Assembly: GCA_023334545.1 (NCBI GenBank)
Contig: JAADVB010000126.1
Location: 1-52,275 of the forward strand
Direction of reading: 5' to 3'
DNA: 52,275 nucleotides
Source: Salisapilia sapeloensis CBS 127946
Lineage: Eukaryota > Protista > Oomycota
Shown here: in pieces, positions 32,160 through 43,518 of the stretch
Position numbering within the stretch: position 1 is the stretch's first letter
How the letters are laid out: each line of letters starts with the position of its first letter
Notes under the pieces: generated by a model
Database searches by the model: none
What the model was told of the DNA's origin: nothing
The model's input: only the letters and a program-made list of their open reading frames with translations
Program-made: the position numbers and the translations under genes

Positions 32160-34465
32160 TTACTTGGCACAGATCGAAAGCACACGCTGGACGCGGTCAC
32201 AAGTGTCGTCAATGGCTTGTTGGGCTTCCGGGACCAAGTCGCCGTAGATGATAAAGCCATGGGACAGACCAGAGTAGATCTTTAGATTCGATGGTACGCC
32301 AAGGTGACTGAGTCGCGTGTGGAAATCGACGCTGTCGTCTAAGAGAGGATCCAAGTCGCCCACAAGGAGACACGTCGGTGGGAATTGACGCAGTAGATCG
32401 TCCTCGGCCAATCCAGGCGACACACAAGGGTCATGTATATTCTCCTTGTACTGGCTTTCGTGTCCGTGGGACGGATAGTACGAGTTCAGCGCGAGCTCCA
32501 AGATGCCTCGTGGTAGCACTGGGTCGCTCTGGTGTAAAAAGCGAGATGGAGATGGCGATAGGTGGAGATTGAGTGCTGGGAACATGAAGACATTGCCTCT
32601 AGGTAACGGCACATTTTCCTGGATGCACTGGATACACAAGGCCGCAGCCATATTCGCACCTGTCCTATCGTTAGCACAACTGCATCGTTCTATTTATGAG
32701 ACAACGTACCTGCACTTTCGCCAAAGAGAGCGACTCGAGTCGGCTTGAAGCCAAGCCCGCCGCCTACGATCCACTTGTAGACACCCATGCACTGGTTTAA
32801 AGAGTCTGGATAGTGCGTCTCTGGTGCTAGACCATAGTCTATTCATATGATCAGTCCAAGATCTCTATCGTTTAGTAGTTGCATGTACCAATGTAGACGA
32901 CGACTGCGCCAAGTGTCTTTGCCCATGTCGATAGCGTCACCCAGTCTTTCCCGATGAAGCGACCAAAGAACCCTCCGCCATGAATATACACTAGTACAGG
33001 TCTCGTCATAGGTAGTCCCATCGCGATCATATCGTCTGTCAATGCGGTCGACGCTCCTTTCCATGTTCCTAGCTGTACACTTTCCATCGGTCGAGCGCTC
33101 AGGACGTAGACACCAACGTCTGACTCGTCATGCTTGGAGCTAGTCGCATAGACTTTCTCTTGACCGTACAAGTGGACGTACAAGTAGTCAAAGACAGCGA
33201 GTTTCGGACACTGGCACCACATAAGTAGACGTACGAGTCTCGACTCTCCATACAGCCTCCAGCTCGCTCGGATGACATCGACATTCGGATGATCGATCAA
33301 CGTCCGAGACGTGTATCGAGCAGCCTTTTGATGTCGTAGAATGTAGTACGGGATAGCTAGGAGCATGAGAGGGGAACGAAAGACTGTTAGTAGTTTCTTA
33401 TTACGAAGACCGAGAAGCGAGTGGGTGAGAGCACTAGACGATGTCAGGACGTTGGTACCGATCTTGAAGGCTATGAAGCCCCACGGCTCGGACGATCGGT
33501 CATAGTACTCGGCCGGGAGTGGTACGCGTTCCACCAGTAACGTCGTGGCGTTCTTCAAGTCGTCATCGATATCAGCGGCGACTGGAGACGAGATGAGGAG
33601 TCGCTGTTCTGGGGAAGAGCCGTCCACTGGTCTAGCACGTTGGAGGACGTGCTCGCAGAGTAGGAAGAGGCGAAGAGCCATGAGCAGCTTGGCATGGTGG
33701 CACTTGATGCGTCGGAGATTGGAGAATCGGTACAAGAGTCGTTGCCACTGATCTGCAGCGACTGCCATGAGCAACATGTACTTGATCGTGTGGCGAGATG
33801 GCATGATAAAGCGTACAAAGGTAGCGACAGTCGTCTGGTGACGGTATCTACGGTAGATATAGAGAAGCGTGAAGACGATGGCGATGGAGCTGAGGGACCA
33901 GCGAGCCTCTCGATTGGGATCGTAGCTAGTCTGCAGCTCTTCCAAGACCTGCTTTGTCTCGTTTAGCGACTTGGTAGCGTGTCGTAGCAAAGAACCAATG
34001 CCACCAGAGAGTAATGGGAAGCGCTCATGCGTTGGAATAAGAGGCATGATGTCCTTTAGTGCTGGTTTAGACGATAAATCCATTGGCTGCTTCTCATGTG
34101 TAGACGATGCTTCTAGGATCTCTTCTTTAATGAATGTGTAGAGGACGCGTTCGAAGGACGCGACCGTGAGCGAAAGGTGCTGGAGCTCACGACCCATGCG
34201 ACCGTAGGCATACTTGCGTATTATACGTCGCAGCAACTATAGAATGGTCAGCAACAGAGCTCATCTACTTGTATTCCAATGTACATACGAGAATGCAGGA
34301 CAGGACCGAGGTGCAGGCATTGTTGAGCGTTTCATGCCCTTTGACACGAAGCTCGCAATCATCTTCGCTTTCAGAGGGTACGCCAAGACCTATCGTTGAC
34401 TCGAGCTTCCCTAGAAGCTGGATTGAGGACGGTGATCGCATATTTGCTCCCCGAGAAGAGTTCAT
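32160..34465 (-). CDS. Hormone-sensitive-lipase-family alpha/beta hydrolase with long N-terminal extension, about 717 aa
   Basis: Introns 34237-34288, 32839-32888, 32660-32709 (52/50/50 nt). Oxyanion HGGGF, nucleophile GESAG (split by an intron), DPLLDDS, HGF. The start codon (34465) is the first ATG and is uncertain. Confidence 0.85.
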
Positions 34466-34686
34466 GGTCTTATCAAGATCGACGCCGACTGTCCTCTCGC
34501 GAAGATATTCTGCCAACTCACGTCGGAATCTCCTTATGGCTACATTTTCATGTAAAGAGGTTCATAATCCTTTATATAGTGGCATTGTCCACGGAATGTC
34601 CACTTCAAGAATAGTTGATGAGGAGATTAAAGGCGTAAATAGAATTTGAAACGGATTCTTGTGCAGAAGTATATGCGTGAGGTGGT

Positions 34687-36976
34687 ATGCGTCCTGCTAT
34701 AGTGTCTAGCAAGGCCAATGAAAGAAAGCTGGAGCAACTTAGAGATACGCAGAATGATATTACGGATCATCCTGTCTCTGGTGGTAACCTCGCCGAAGGT
34801 ACTGGCAATCCTATGACATTGGCAACGGTCAAGTCTCAAGCAAAAGTCGCGAAAGCAAAGATGCAAAGGGAAGGTCATGTCGGTGCTTCCAGTGAAGAGT
34901 TGATTCAAGATCTGGAAGCGAAGATTCGGAAGATTGTGGAGCAAAAGCGGACGGAAAGTGATCGACTGCGGTTTATACTGACGAAACGACGAGAAGAAGT
35001 GAAGCGATCGAATCTTGTGTTGCAAGGACTTGTGAAAGAAAGCGAGGCCTTAGGTTTGCACTATATTTCTGCTGCTCACAATGATGAATATGCCGAAAGT
35101 GGATCAAACCAGTTGAACGGACTAAAGAATGAAGCTACTGTCGTTCGCGAGGTGGTGGATGAAGCACCAGATCGACTACAGCCAATAACATCGGTGTCAC
35201 GTCGACCAGTATACTCAAAGCATACTTCGATTGCTGAACTCGAATCGAGGCTTGAGAAACGAGCCAAGGAAGCCCATGAAGTTCAGCGACGAACTTTAGT
35301 CTTAGAGCATATCAAGCGGCGTCTAATGGTAGATCGACATCGATAAAAGTATTGCCATCATTAAATATTAATTGCGCGTATTGGATATAGCATGAGCGGC
35401 TGGAGCTAAACCATACAACAATGGAGCTAAAGACCCGGTACAATGAGCTATGTCACTACAAACAAGAGCTTTGTACACAAGAGATAGCTGCTGCCGAAGC
35501 TGTTAGTCAGATTCAGTCTCGTCTTTCGCAGCAAAAGGAAGACATGGCAGCCAATACGAGGAAGCATAAACGAGAACTAGCAATGAGGGAGAAGTGGGCA
35601 CGTGAGAAAGCAAAGTTTGACAAGTATTGCAGCGACCAGGTAGAATATTATACGCCATAATGTCTCCATCTAATGATTAAAGGTAGCTTTGTTATTTAGA
35701 TGCGAGCATTTACATCCAAACAAGAGAATGAAGTCAAAGAGAAATGCAAAGATGACACGACAGAAGTATTCCGAAACAGCCTGTCAGCGAAAGGAAGTAT
35801 TAGTGCTTCACACATCGTGCGCCAGTCTTCAAAAAGAGGTAAGGAATTTATTTAATTGTCGATTCGCTTTCGATTGTAACTTTGTTTTCGTACGGTAGGC
35901 TCCAACGATATGCTTCGAAAGACTAGGCTTCGTCGAATGGGCAGCATCATTAACAATGGAGATGATGAGCGTGAGCGACAGCAATATCATGAAGCTTTTC
36001 AGCGTCTTGGCTTCGCCCTTCATGCTGATGCTGTAGACCCACATGAAATTATTCAACTTTGTCTTTCCCACAATGAAATTCGTCGCGAGTTGGATTCAAA
36101 GCATGAAGAGGAAACACATCGAGCAAAACAGCTACAAGATAGTATTGTAAGATATTTATTTCCGCACCAAATTAGCCTGCTTGATTACATTGTATATGGG
36201 GCTTTAGTCCAAATTACGTAGTGTTGCAGCGGAGGGACCACCACTATCAAAGCGAGGAACATCGCAGCGAGTTGAAATGAAAGAGATCGAACTCGCTGAA
36301 GCGGATCGTGAACTGGCTACAGTCATAGACCAATACACCTATGTGAATCAAAGCGTTCAGCCGATTAAAGTAAGTCATCACTTCATATAAAAAATCGATT
36401 TTATAGATTCCGAGTAATCACTTCCGTGCGTAGATCGGCCTCCAGCAAATTGTTCAGAATTTCAGTAAGGACAGTGTGTCTTCGGAGGATATACAAAGTC
36501 TTGAAAGAACACTGCTTGCATCATGTGAAGAAATGATGGCTGTTGTTCGGAGGAATCCCGACGTATTTGCAACGCCATCTAGCGGCGAGAGCTGCCGGTC
36601 TATCGACTCTCCATCTCTCTCGCAGTTGCAATCGAATAATCCGTTAACACCTTCAAAGGGAGATGAGGAACTGGAAGTGGATTATGCAGAAACGTTTACA
36701 TCGCCCTACAATATCCGCGTAACAAGAAAGGAAGAGCAGCCATACTACGCTCGTGGTATTAGTACGGAGGTTGATAGTGCACCAGACTCAAAAGACAAGA
36801 ATGAACTTAACTTTGATGTAATGGATCGAGCGACAGTTAAACGGGTGTCATCCGTCCTAGTTTGTACAAGTGCGGCGAAAAAAAGCAAAGACGAAGAAGA
36901 CAAAATAACAACAGTTCCGTCATATTCATTACCAACGAAAAGTGCCTATCTTTCGCCGGCGAAGGGAGGACGCTAG
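34687..36976 (+). CDS. Long coiled-coil protein of unknown function (flagellar/cytoskeletal-like), 660 aa
   Basis: Five GT-AG introns (35329-35390, 35640-35699, 35839-35898, 36147-36207, 36370-36433; 62/60/60/61/64 nt) join ORFs 34687, 35421, 35910 and 36476 in frame. E/K/Q/R-rich heptads. Function not established. Confidence 0.7.
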
Positions 36977-36983
36977 TCGCGAG

Positions 36984-38231
36984 CTAATCTGCATGCGCGG
37001 GGTCATTTGCGTATAAGCGAGCATAGTTCTGTAAAAATACATTCTGACATTCCTTGCTACAAAAGCTTTTCCCAGTGTGGTCGTCTAGTTCAAGCTCATT
37101 TTCCGCAAATACTTTATAACACTCCCAGCAACTCTTTCGGGCTTCTGTGGTCATACTATGATCAGATTGCTGGACTACATTATCGTCTATCACCGCGTTT
37201 CGTGCTACATTTTCTCTCCATAACTGTACAGCGAATTTAAACTCTTCGTGGGCTTTATCTTCATCATATTGACCATTCAAAAGCTTTCCACCCTTTTCGC
37301 TGTTCACTTTGTCGGTATTAAAGCTCGTGCCTGTCTCAACTGGATGTACAGGAAGTGTCCATACATCCTCACCTCCGTTCTGTTCCGGCTTAGATTCAGA
37401 AGCTTTGCTTTCAGCTTCATCTCCACGCCATTCGAGTAGAGCTTTCATAAAGGAGGCATGACTCTCTGCTTCGTCAAATTCTCCATCGGCGAGGTTAACA
37501 GTAGAATTCAATACTGCAGAGTCATTAGTTGTATCTTTAAGTGGAGCGACGTGAGACCAGTGTATCTTCCCAACCGACCCAGTTGTACTCAGAGATGAAG
37601 GCGCCACTGTTGTTAGCATGGGGTCCACAATGTCTACCGGATCACTTTCACTCTGGTTACTAGCAGGTCGAAACTTATTGATCGCATGATAGAGAGTATT
37701 TCGAGCAGATAGTTTGACAACTCCGATGCTTTTATAATCTTCCAGCTGCATTTTTAATAGCATATTTCCCGTGACTTGATGAAACTCAAAAGCACTTTCG
37801 TACTCGCTCATACCAATCGATGCTAACCACGTCAAAACGTCAGATGTACTCCACTTTTCGATTGATCCTGTAGAAATTATATCTTCGTATCCATTACGAT
37901 GACCAACTGCATCCTTCTTCGTTAATTTATTACCACGTTTTTTATCATTCGACTTAGTTTGGACATCCTGACCATACTTTCGCATCGTTCCACGATCTTC
38001 TCTCGCACTACGCCATCGATTGCCATTGTGTTTAAGTGGACGCTCTTTCATCAATTTTTGTTTGTCTTCAATTGCTTGCTTGCGCAGTTGTACTAGTTGC
38101 TCCTCCATGTGATGCGCTTCAAGCTCAAGGCGATTCGATAATTTGTCTTGACGCGCGGTACTCTTCATTCGCCTCTGAGCTCCATTTCCAAAAGGCTGGC
38201 TAGAGCGTACGCTTACAGCTTCTCTCCCCAT
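36984..38231 (-). CDS. SAM-domain protein with ZBBX-like motifs and C-terminal FCS/MYM-type zinc finger, about 415 aa
   Basis: ORF-track start is TTG; first ATG is 38231. SAM KWSTSDVLTWLASIGMSEY..VTGNMLL..DYKSIGV. Two [FY]DE...F..A...WR repeats. C-terminal CWEC...FCSKEC. Confidence 0.75.
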   Translation of the reverse strand: MGREAVSVRSSQPFGNGAQRRMKSTARQDKLSNRLELEAHHMEEQLVQLRKQAIEDKQKLMKERPLKHNGNRWRSAREDRGTMRKYGQDVQTKSNDKKRGNKLTKKDAVGHRNGYEDIISTGSIEKWSTSDVLTWLASIGMSEYESAFEFHQVTGNMLLKMQLEDYKSIGVVKLSARNTLYHAINKFRPASNQSESDPVDIVDPMLTTVAPSSLSTTGSVGKIHWSHVAPLKDTTNDSAVLNSTVNLADGEFDEAESHASFMKALLEWRGDEAESKASESKPEQNGGEDVWTLPVHPVETGTSFNTDKVNSEKGGKLLNGQYDEDKAHEEFKFAVQLWRENVARNAVIDDNVVQQSDHSMTTEARKSCWECYKVFAENELELDDHTGKSFCSKECQNVFLQNYARLYANDPAHAD

Positions 38232-38426
38232 TAACTTTGTTGACCAGCTATATTTGTCAGTGATAAACTTGTTTATTTTTATTTTTGGATCTGATCTTGA
38301 GGACAAGTCTACTTAAATCACCAATAACATCCATGTTTTTCAACTATACCCCCGATCAGATCAAGATGATGATGAACTTGCTAGTCTTTGGAAGTCTTAG
38401 ACACTTTTGCTTGGGAGGCCTTGAGC

Positions 38427-40184
38427 ATGCTACATCGTAATATGCAAAACGAACTACGTGTCAAAGTTTCCAATGATGAAGTTTCCACACAAACTAACAT
38501 ACGTTCGACGGACAAGAAGCGTGCGCAACTATCTCTTCCAAGTCCACTCCATTCGCCACTTGGACGATGCTTATCGTCTCCATCTCAGATGAAAGATTTG
38601 CTTGAGGAGGATACAGTCGCTCGGAGGAGTGATGAGAAAGAAATTGATGGGAACTTAAGGCGACTTTGTACTCGAAGTAAGTCGTTCGACAACAAATTTT
38701 CTGACAAAAAGTTTATTGCACAAGGAGGATGTGGTAAGGTTTACAAGTGCCGATCTGTGCTTGATAATCAATGGTACGCAGTAAAGGTAGAGACCTTCTA
38801 CTTTAAACCGCAGGCGTATTTTACACCTGAAGAAGTACGAGAGGTGATCATGAACGAGGCATTGGTCTTGTCTAAACTAGATCATGAAAACGTTTGCCGA
38901 TATTACCACGCATGGGTTCATACAGAGCTTGTTTCCATGCCTCTTTCTCAAAACAAGTTAGAAAGCAAAGTTGCTTTAAAAGCGACAAGTAGTAAAGGAC
39001 GCGCCGCTAACCATCAACCGAATCATTTTCTACCACGCTACGATTCGCGAATTTATACGAATGATAGTGGGAGTGAGATCAGTAGCAGTAGCTTTGAAGA
39101 GCAAGAGGACATTATCCAGGTTTCTGAGAGTCCTGATTTGGGATTAAAGTCTTCGGGAAGCTCTTCGGAAGAAGAAGAAGGATTGGGTAGAAAATGCCAT
39201 ACTGATGGCAAGAGACAGCCAAGCCCCACTTCCCTAACAGCATCCTTATGCACACGTATAGATACCTACATCCAAATGGCGCTTTACGATGGAAGGTCAT
39301 TGCGGCAGTGGCTTGACGAGCGTACAGTTGTAAACTATACTGAAAGTCTACGCGTATTTCAGCAACTAGTTGTGGGACTGAAGTACATTCATGCTCAAGG
39401 TTTAATTCACCAAGACATGAAACCATCAAACGTATTTCTGACCAGTGACTTTTGCGTCAAAATCGGAGACTTTGGACTTGCTCAATCGATACTCAAGACC
39501 GGTGATTACCTACACCCGCTTCAGTACGTAAATTCATCGTCATTCGATACATCGGCTAACGATGAGGGTGAAGATGCGACCGTTTTATCGCTTGCATCGG
39601 ATAGTGATGGCTCAGCACCTATTATGGGCACTTTAACGTATTGTAGCCCTGAAAAGCTTGATCGTCGAGAATACACTGCTGCTACTGATGTGTACAGTCT
39701 CGGAATCGTGCTATGTGAGCTCTTTTGCGTCTTCTCTACGCAAATGGAACGAAGCATTGTACTCAGTGATCTTCGTAAAGGGGAACTTCCGTCCGAGCTT
39801 GATAATAAGTACCCACAAGTTGCATTGTTAATCCGTCAGATGCTTTCTGTGGATGCCACTGAACGTCCTAGCTGCGAAAGTTTAGAGGATGCAGAACTTT
39901 TCGATGTCTTGACGAGGCGCTCGAGCATATGGAGCAGCACACGTAGTTCATCTTCAAGTTCTGTGAGCATGAACAACTGTGATTCGCTTTTTTCAGCGGT
40001 AGATACTATCTCTAAGTGGGAAGTTGTTGAAAGCATATTGGAGCTAGAGCAGCAAGAGGACAATTTGCTTGCTGTTTTTCGATCGGATATGCTACCCAGT
40101 GATAAAATTCTTGAAGTAATTCAGAAACTTCAAGAGCTGAGTGATGAGCGAAAGAAGCGGCTTTCATATTTGCTATCGAAATAA
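38427..40184 (+). CDS. eIF2-alpha kinase (PEK family, HRI/PKR-like, no obvious sensor domain), about 585 aa
   Basis: Motifs GGCGKVYK, WYAVK, LSKLDHENVCRYYHAW. Ser/acidic insert of about 110 aa, then YIQM..RSLRQWL, IHQDMKPSN, KIGDFGLA, GTLTYCSPE, DVYSLGIVLCELF..STQMER. Confidence 0.88.
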   Translation: MLHRNMQNELRVKVSNDEVSTQTNIRSTDKKRAQLSLPSPLHSPLGRCLSSPSQMKDLLEEDTVARRSDEKEIDGNLRRLCTRSKSFDNKFSDKKFIAQGGCGKVYKCRSVLDNQWYAVKVETFYFKPQAYFTPEEVREVIMNEALVLSKLDHENVCRYYHAWVHTELVSMPLSQNKLESKVALKATSSKGRAANHQPNHFLPRYDSRIYTNDSGSEISSSSFEEQEDIIQVSESPDLGLKSSGSSSEEEEGLGRKCHTDGKRQPSPTSLTASLCTRIDTYIQMALYDGRSLRQWLDERTVVNYTESLRVFQQLVVGLKYIHAQGLIHQDMKPSNVFLTSDFCVKIGDFGLAQSILKTGDYLHPLQYVNSSSFDTSANDEGEDATVLSLASDSDGSAPIMGTLTYCSPEKLDRREYTAATDVYSLGIVLCELFCVFSTQMERSIVLSDLRKGELPSELDNKYPQVALLIRQMLSVDATERPSCESLEDAELFDVLTRRSSIWSSTRSSSSSSVSMNNCDSLFSAVDTISKWEVVESILELEQQEDNLLAVFRSDMLPSDKILEVIQKLQELSDERKKRLSYLLSK

Positions 40185-41230
40185 AACTGCTTTCTTTTAT
40201 ATCATTCATTGGTTGTAGTTCAAGCTACAATCATCCTATAAATCTAGCTATAACTTCGAAGCGCATGGTCAACATCAGTCTCAAGCAATAGAGGATTATA
40301 ACAGTTCGCGAGGTTGGAATATGATCAAGGGCAGCGTTGGATGACTTAAAGCAAAAAATCTTCTGTGGGAGTGGAATGGCTATATCTTAAAATCTGTTCT
40401 CGTTTTACTTTCATAGTATACACATAAGATTGACTCAAGTTTCAAGGCACTTACAAGACTAGCTGCGTGACAACAAGGGGCGGAAGTGTACTGCATTGTC
40501 GAAATAAATTTGTTTCAAAGCAGCATTGGAGCTAGAATCTTCACTTGCGACAAAAGAGTTTGCAGCTGGAAAGTACTTAAATGCGTGGGAGATCGGAAAT
40601 GCTCTACTACTTCACGCAAACCGATGACACTGGAAATGTACCTTCATCTAGAAGTTTTAGAGCGTTAGATTAAGCTATCATCAACTTTATATGATCTCAA
40701 ATACATCCATTGAGCAGAAAATCTTATAATAATATTTCAAGTGTCTCAAAACTAGAACCTAAAGAACAAAAGAATGCATCTTCAAATCTAGTAAAGGCTC
40801 TACTTCTCAGCGATTTTTAATCGGAGTGAGATAAAAATACCATCAATGCTACTCAACTTCCATCAATATAATGATCATACAAGCTAAGTAAAGGCTAGCA
40901 TGTTGTGAACAAGAGAGATGAGTATAAAGGCAACTGCTACTATAGCGTAATTAATCTATACTTAAATGTATGCTAGTTTAGCACAGATAAATTAAATTTA
41001 TTATGTCAATACCGAAGCTCAGGACTTAGCGCTATAAGTCAGTGTCGAGTCGATGGTCGAATTGCACAGGACTGGAGCGAAATGTTGCTGACGGCACGTG
41101 AAAACTCTTTTGTCCTCATAAAAAAGATGCAACCATGTATAAACCTTTTTATTTTCTTGGTTTTGTTGATCTAGTGTAATTGATAAAGATAGGAAATTCC
41201 ACCTTGCAAAGGGTCTAGCCAAACTGGCGG

Positions 41231-43432
41231 TTATTCATTTGGTGTAGCGAGATCATCTTCTTGGGATGCCTTCTGGGTTGGAATGCTTGTTACAAACTTT
41301 CGAAGGTGGTCACTCATATAGTACTGTCCAGAAGTCTGATTGATTTCCTTGTCATGGCAGTAGCATAGAAGGATGGTATCGATAGCCATTTCGTAGACAC
41401 CAATAAAGGTGGAAGCGACGAAGTAAGCGAGGAGAAGCGTTAAGAGGATAGGTGCCATCGGAGATGAGATTTCGTTGGGTCCGCCAATAGCATACATATC
41501 TGCGTTCATATCGATGTAGTTAAAAGCAAGTATTGCACAGCAAACTGCGATCGTTAGCTTTCCTGCACCGAGTAGCATGAACGAGATCATAGAGACTATA
41601 CCCATTTGAGCTGCATTCGATAGTAAAAGCTTAAATGCTTCTTTTGCAGCACCGCAGAAACTTCGCCCTTGCATAGCAACAAGTATGTATGCGTTTTTCG
41701 AGAGAAATCTCAAACATTTTTCAAAGCACCACATCAGACACTGCACAACTTTCATGGCAACGCGAGCAACAGCATTTCGTTTTTGTACATCCTTTGTTTG
41801 GTGATCAATGTACATTAATATGGCACGAATGAACTCCACGAGAGCGATGATAAAGGACCCAAATGCGAGGGAGCCAAAATGGTATCGGAAACAGTTCTTG
41901 AAGGAAGTCATAACTGGAAATCTTCCAATCTCCTCGCTTGATTTTTCTCTACTCCAGTAATAGCGACATACAACTCCTGCAATTGTACACAGACTTATCG
42001 CATGGATCAGTTCAAATGTCCACAAGAAGCCAAAGAGATGATATCCGAATAAAATTCGCATAAGGTTGTCTGGCTCAACTTTTTCCACGACGACTGTGGC
42101 GTTTACATCCACTCCGGTCGCTGAAGAAAGCGTATTCAAGTCAATGCTTGCAGAGCTGTATATATATGCGCCGATTACTAGACTGTAAATAGCCACAATT
42201 ATCATCATGATGGTCGGGATGATAGGGAAGAGAGACAGCGTAGGAATGCGTAACATGGGTCTTGATGCCTCTTTGATGATTGCTACTGCGATGCGAATCT
42301 TTTTCTGGAAAACACATACCAAGACGAAAAGGATGCCAGTGATGGCGAAACTGACATAGGCTGCTGCTGCAAATACTTTGCGAGTATCTTCACTAGCACG
42401 AAGACTCTCCGGTAACTCCTCTGCTGGTAAATTGAAACCGGATGCCTTCGTTGCATTCCCCAGGCTTGAGGTCCAAACAGAAATATCTTCGTTCGTGATT
42501 AGACCTCCTTTTGTACTTAGCATAAGCGACAGTACAAGCATGACTAGTACTAAAGCCCAAACTAGCACCCAGACGACGCATCCAGCACACGCTCGCAAGA
42601 AAGCTAAGACAACAAAGCCTAAAAGAAACGCTGCAAGCACTCCACAGAGCAAGACAACTCTCCATGTTGCTTGAATATCTCCGATCCACCGTCCAACTAG
42701 AGAACCAAAGGTATTTAGCTGGTCAAAAATCGGATTTTGTTGCGCTGGGCTAACTGTGTCCGAAACTGTTCGAGTACGCTTAATTTGACATTTATCATTA
42801 GGAGTTCGAACTCCATTTTCGATATCATAGTATTCGTCCGTGTCTTCAGGGTAAATGCATACTTCAATCGACGTCGTATTTACTTCCGAGAGTGGTAGGC
42901 ATCGATAGAAGACGGTTTGCGTCGGCATACCAACAAACCAACAATCAGTTGAGCCAAACCACTGCGTTGCTCGGCGCTCACGCTCTTGTTCTTTAGCTTC
43001 ATCAGTCGTCAATGTGGCGTCTGCTTGTATTTCGGCTTCAGCTTCATAGTTGCAAATATGAGTACTGACATTTGGACATGCAGCTACGCAAACACCGTAA
43101 AAAGTAAAATCTCCTGTCGACATGGCACTCGCATTCATGGCGTTCTCCATTAGATCCTGACTGAGCCTTGGGTAGTAGATGAGGTGCTGATCAGTGTGTA
43201 AGCCAGTACCACAAGTAGAACCGTTGTAATCTGTACCATACAACAGACGCAGCGGTTCCCCGTTGACGAGTCCAACCGCCGCAATTCCAACCATACCCAC
43301 CCAAAATACTGCAAAGAAGATGGTACATAGTACATCGCGACACTTTCGATCCCTTGCCGGGGCGACACCTGTTTCTAATTTTTTGCTGTCTTCATCCGAG
43401 ATGCTTGACGACTTGGAAAGCGCACAACCCAT
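41231..43432 (-). CDS. Choline transporter-like protein (CTL/SLC44 family), 733 aa
   Basis: First ATG 43432 (MGCALS). Motifs RKCRDVLCTIFF, LLYGTDYNGSTCG, YHFGSLAFGSFIIA, NAYILVAMQGRSFCGAAK, AIDTILLCYC; about 10 TM segments. Confidence 0.92.
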   Translation of the reverse strand: MGCALSKSSSISDEDSKKLETGVAPARDRKCRDVLCTIFFAVFWVGMVGIAAVGLVNGEPLRLLYGTDYNGSTCGTGLHTDQHLIYYPRLSQDLMENAMNASAMSTGDFTFYGVCVAACPNVSTHICNYEAEAEIQADATLTTDEAKEQERERRATQWFGSTDCWFVGMPTQTVFYRCLPLSEVNTTSIEVCIYPEDTDEYYDIENGVRTPNDKCQIKRTRTVSDTVSPAQQNPIFDQLNTFGSLVGRWIGDIQATWRVVLLCGVLAAFLLGFVVLAFLRACAGCVVWVLVWALVLVMLVLSLMLSTKGGLITNEDISVWTSSLGNATKASGFNLPAEELPESLRASEDTRKVFAAAAYVSFAITGILFVLVCVFQKKIRIAVAIIKEASRPMLRIPTLSLFPIIPTIMMIIVAIYSLVIGAYIYSSASIDLNTLSSATGVDVNATVVVEKVEPDNLMRILFGYHLFGFLWTFELIHAISLCTIAGVVCRYYWSREKSSEEIGRFPVMTSFKNCFRYHFGSLAFGSFIIALVEFIRAILMYIDHQTKDVQKRNAVARVAMKVVQCLMWCFEKCLRFLSKNAYILVAMQGRSFCGAAKEAFKLLLSNAAQMGIVSMISFMLLGAGKLTIAVCCAILAFNYIDMNADMYAIGGPNEISSPMAPILLTLLLAYFVASTFIGVYEMAIDTILLCYCHDKEINQTSGQYYMSDHLRKFVTSIPTQKASQEDDLATPNE

Positions 43433-43518
43433 TGCCACCAAAAACACAAAGACTTTGTGACCGTTATTGATCAATTCTGGACTACTTTTCTCATTTGTGA
43501 AACGATCGCTGTATATAA

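Noticed and set aside
40185-41230. 1-kb convergent gap with a 45-codon protein-like patch (AALELESSLATKEFAAGKYLNAWEIG)
   Set aside because: Too short, no start or splice context, unrecognised; could be chance.
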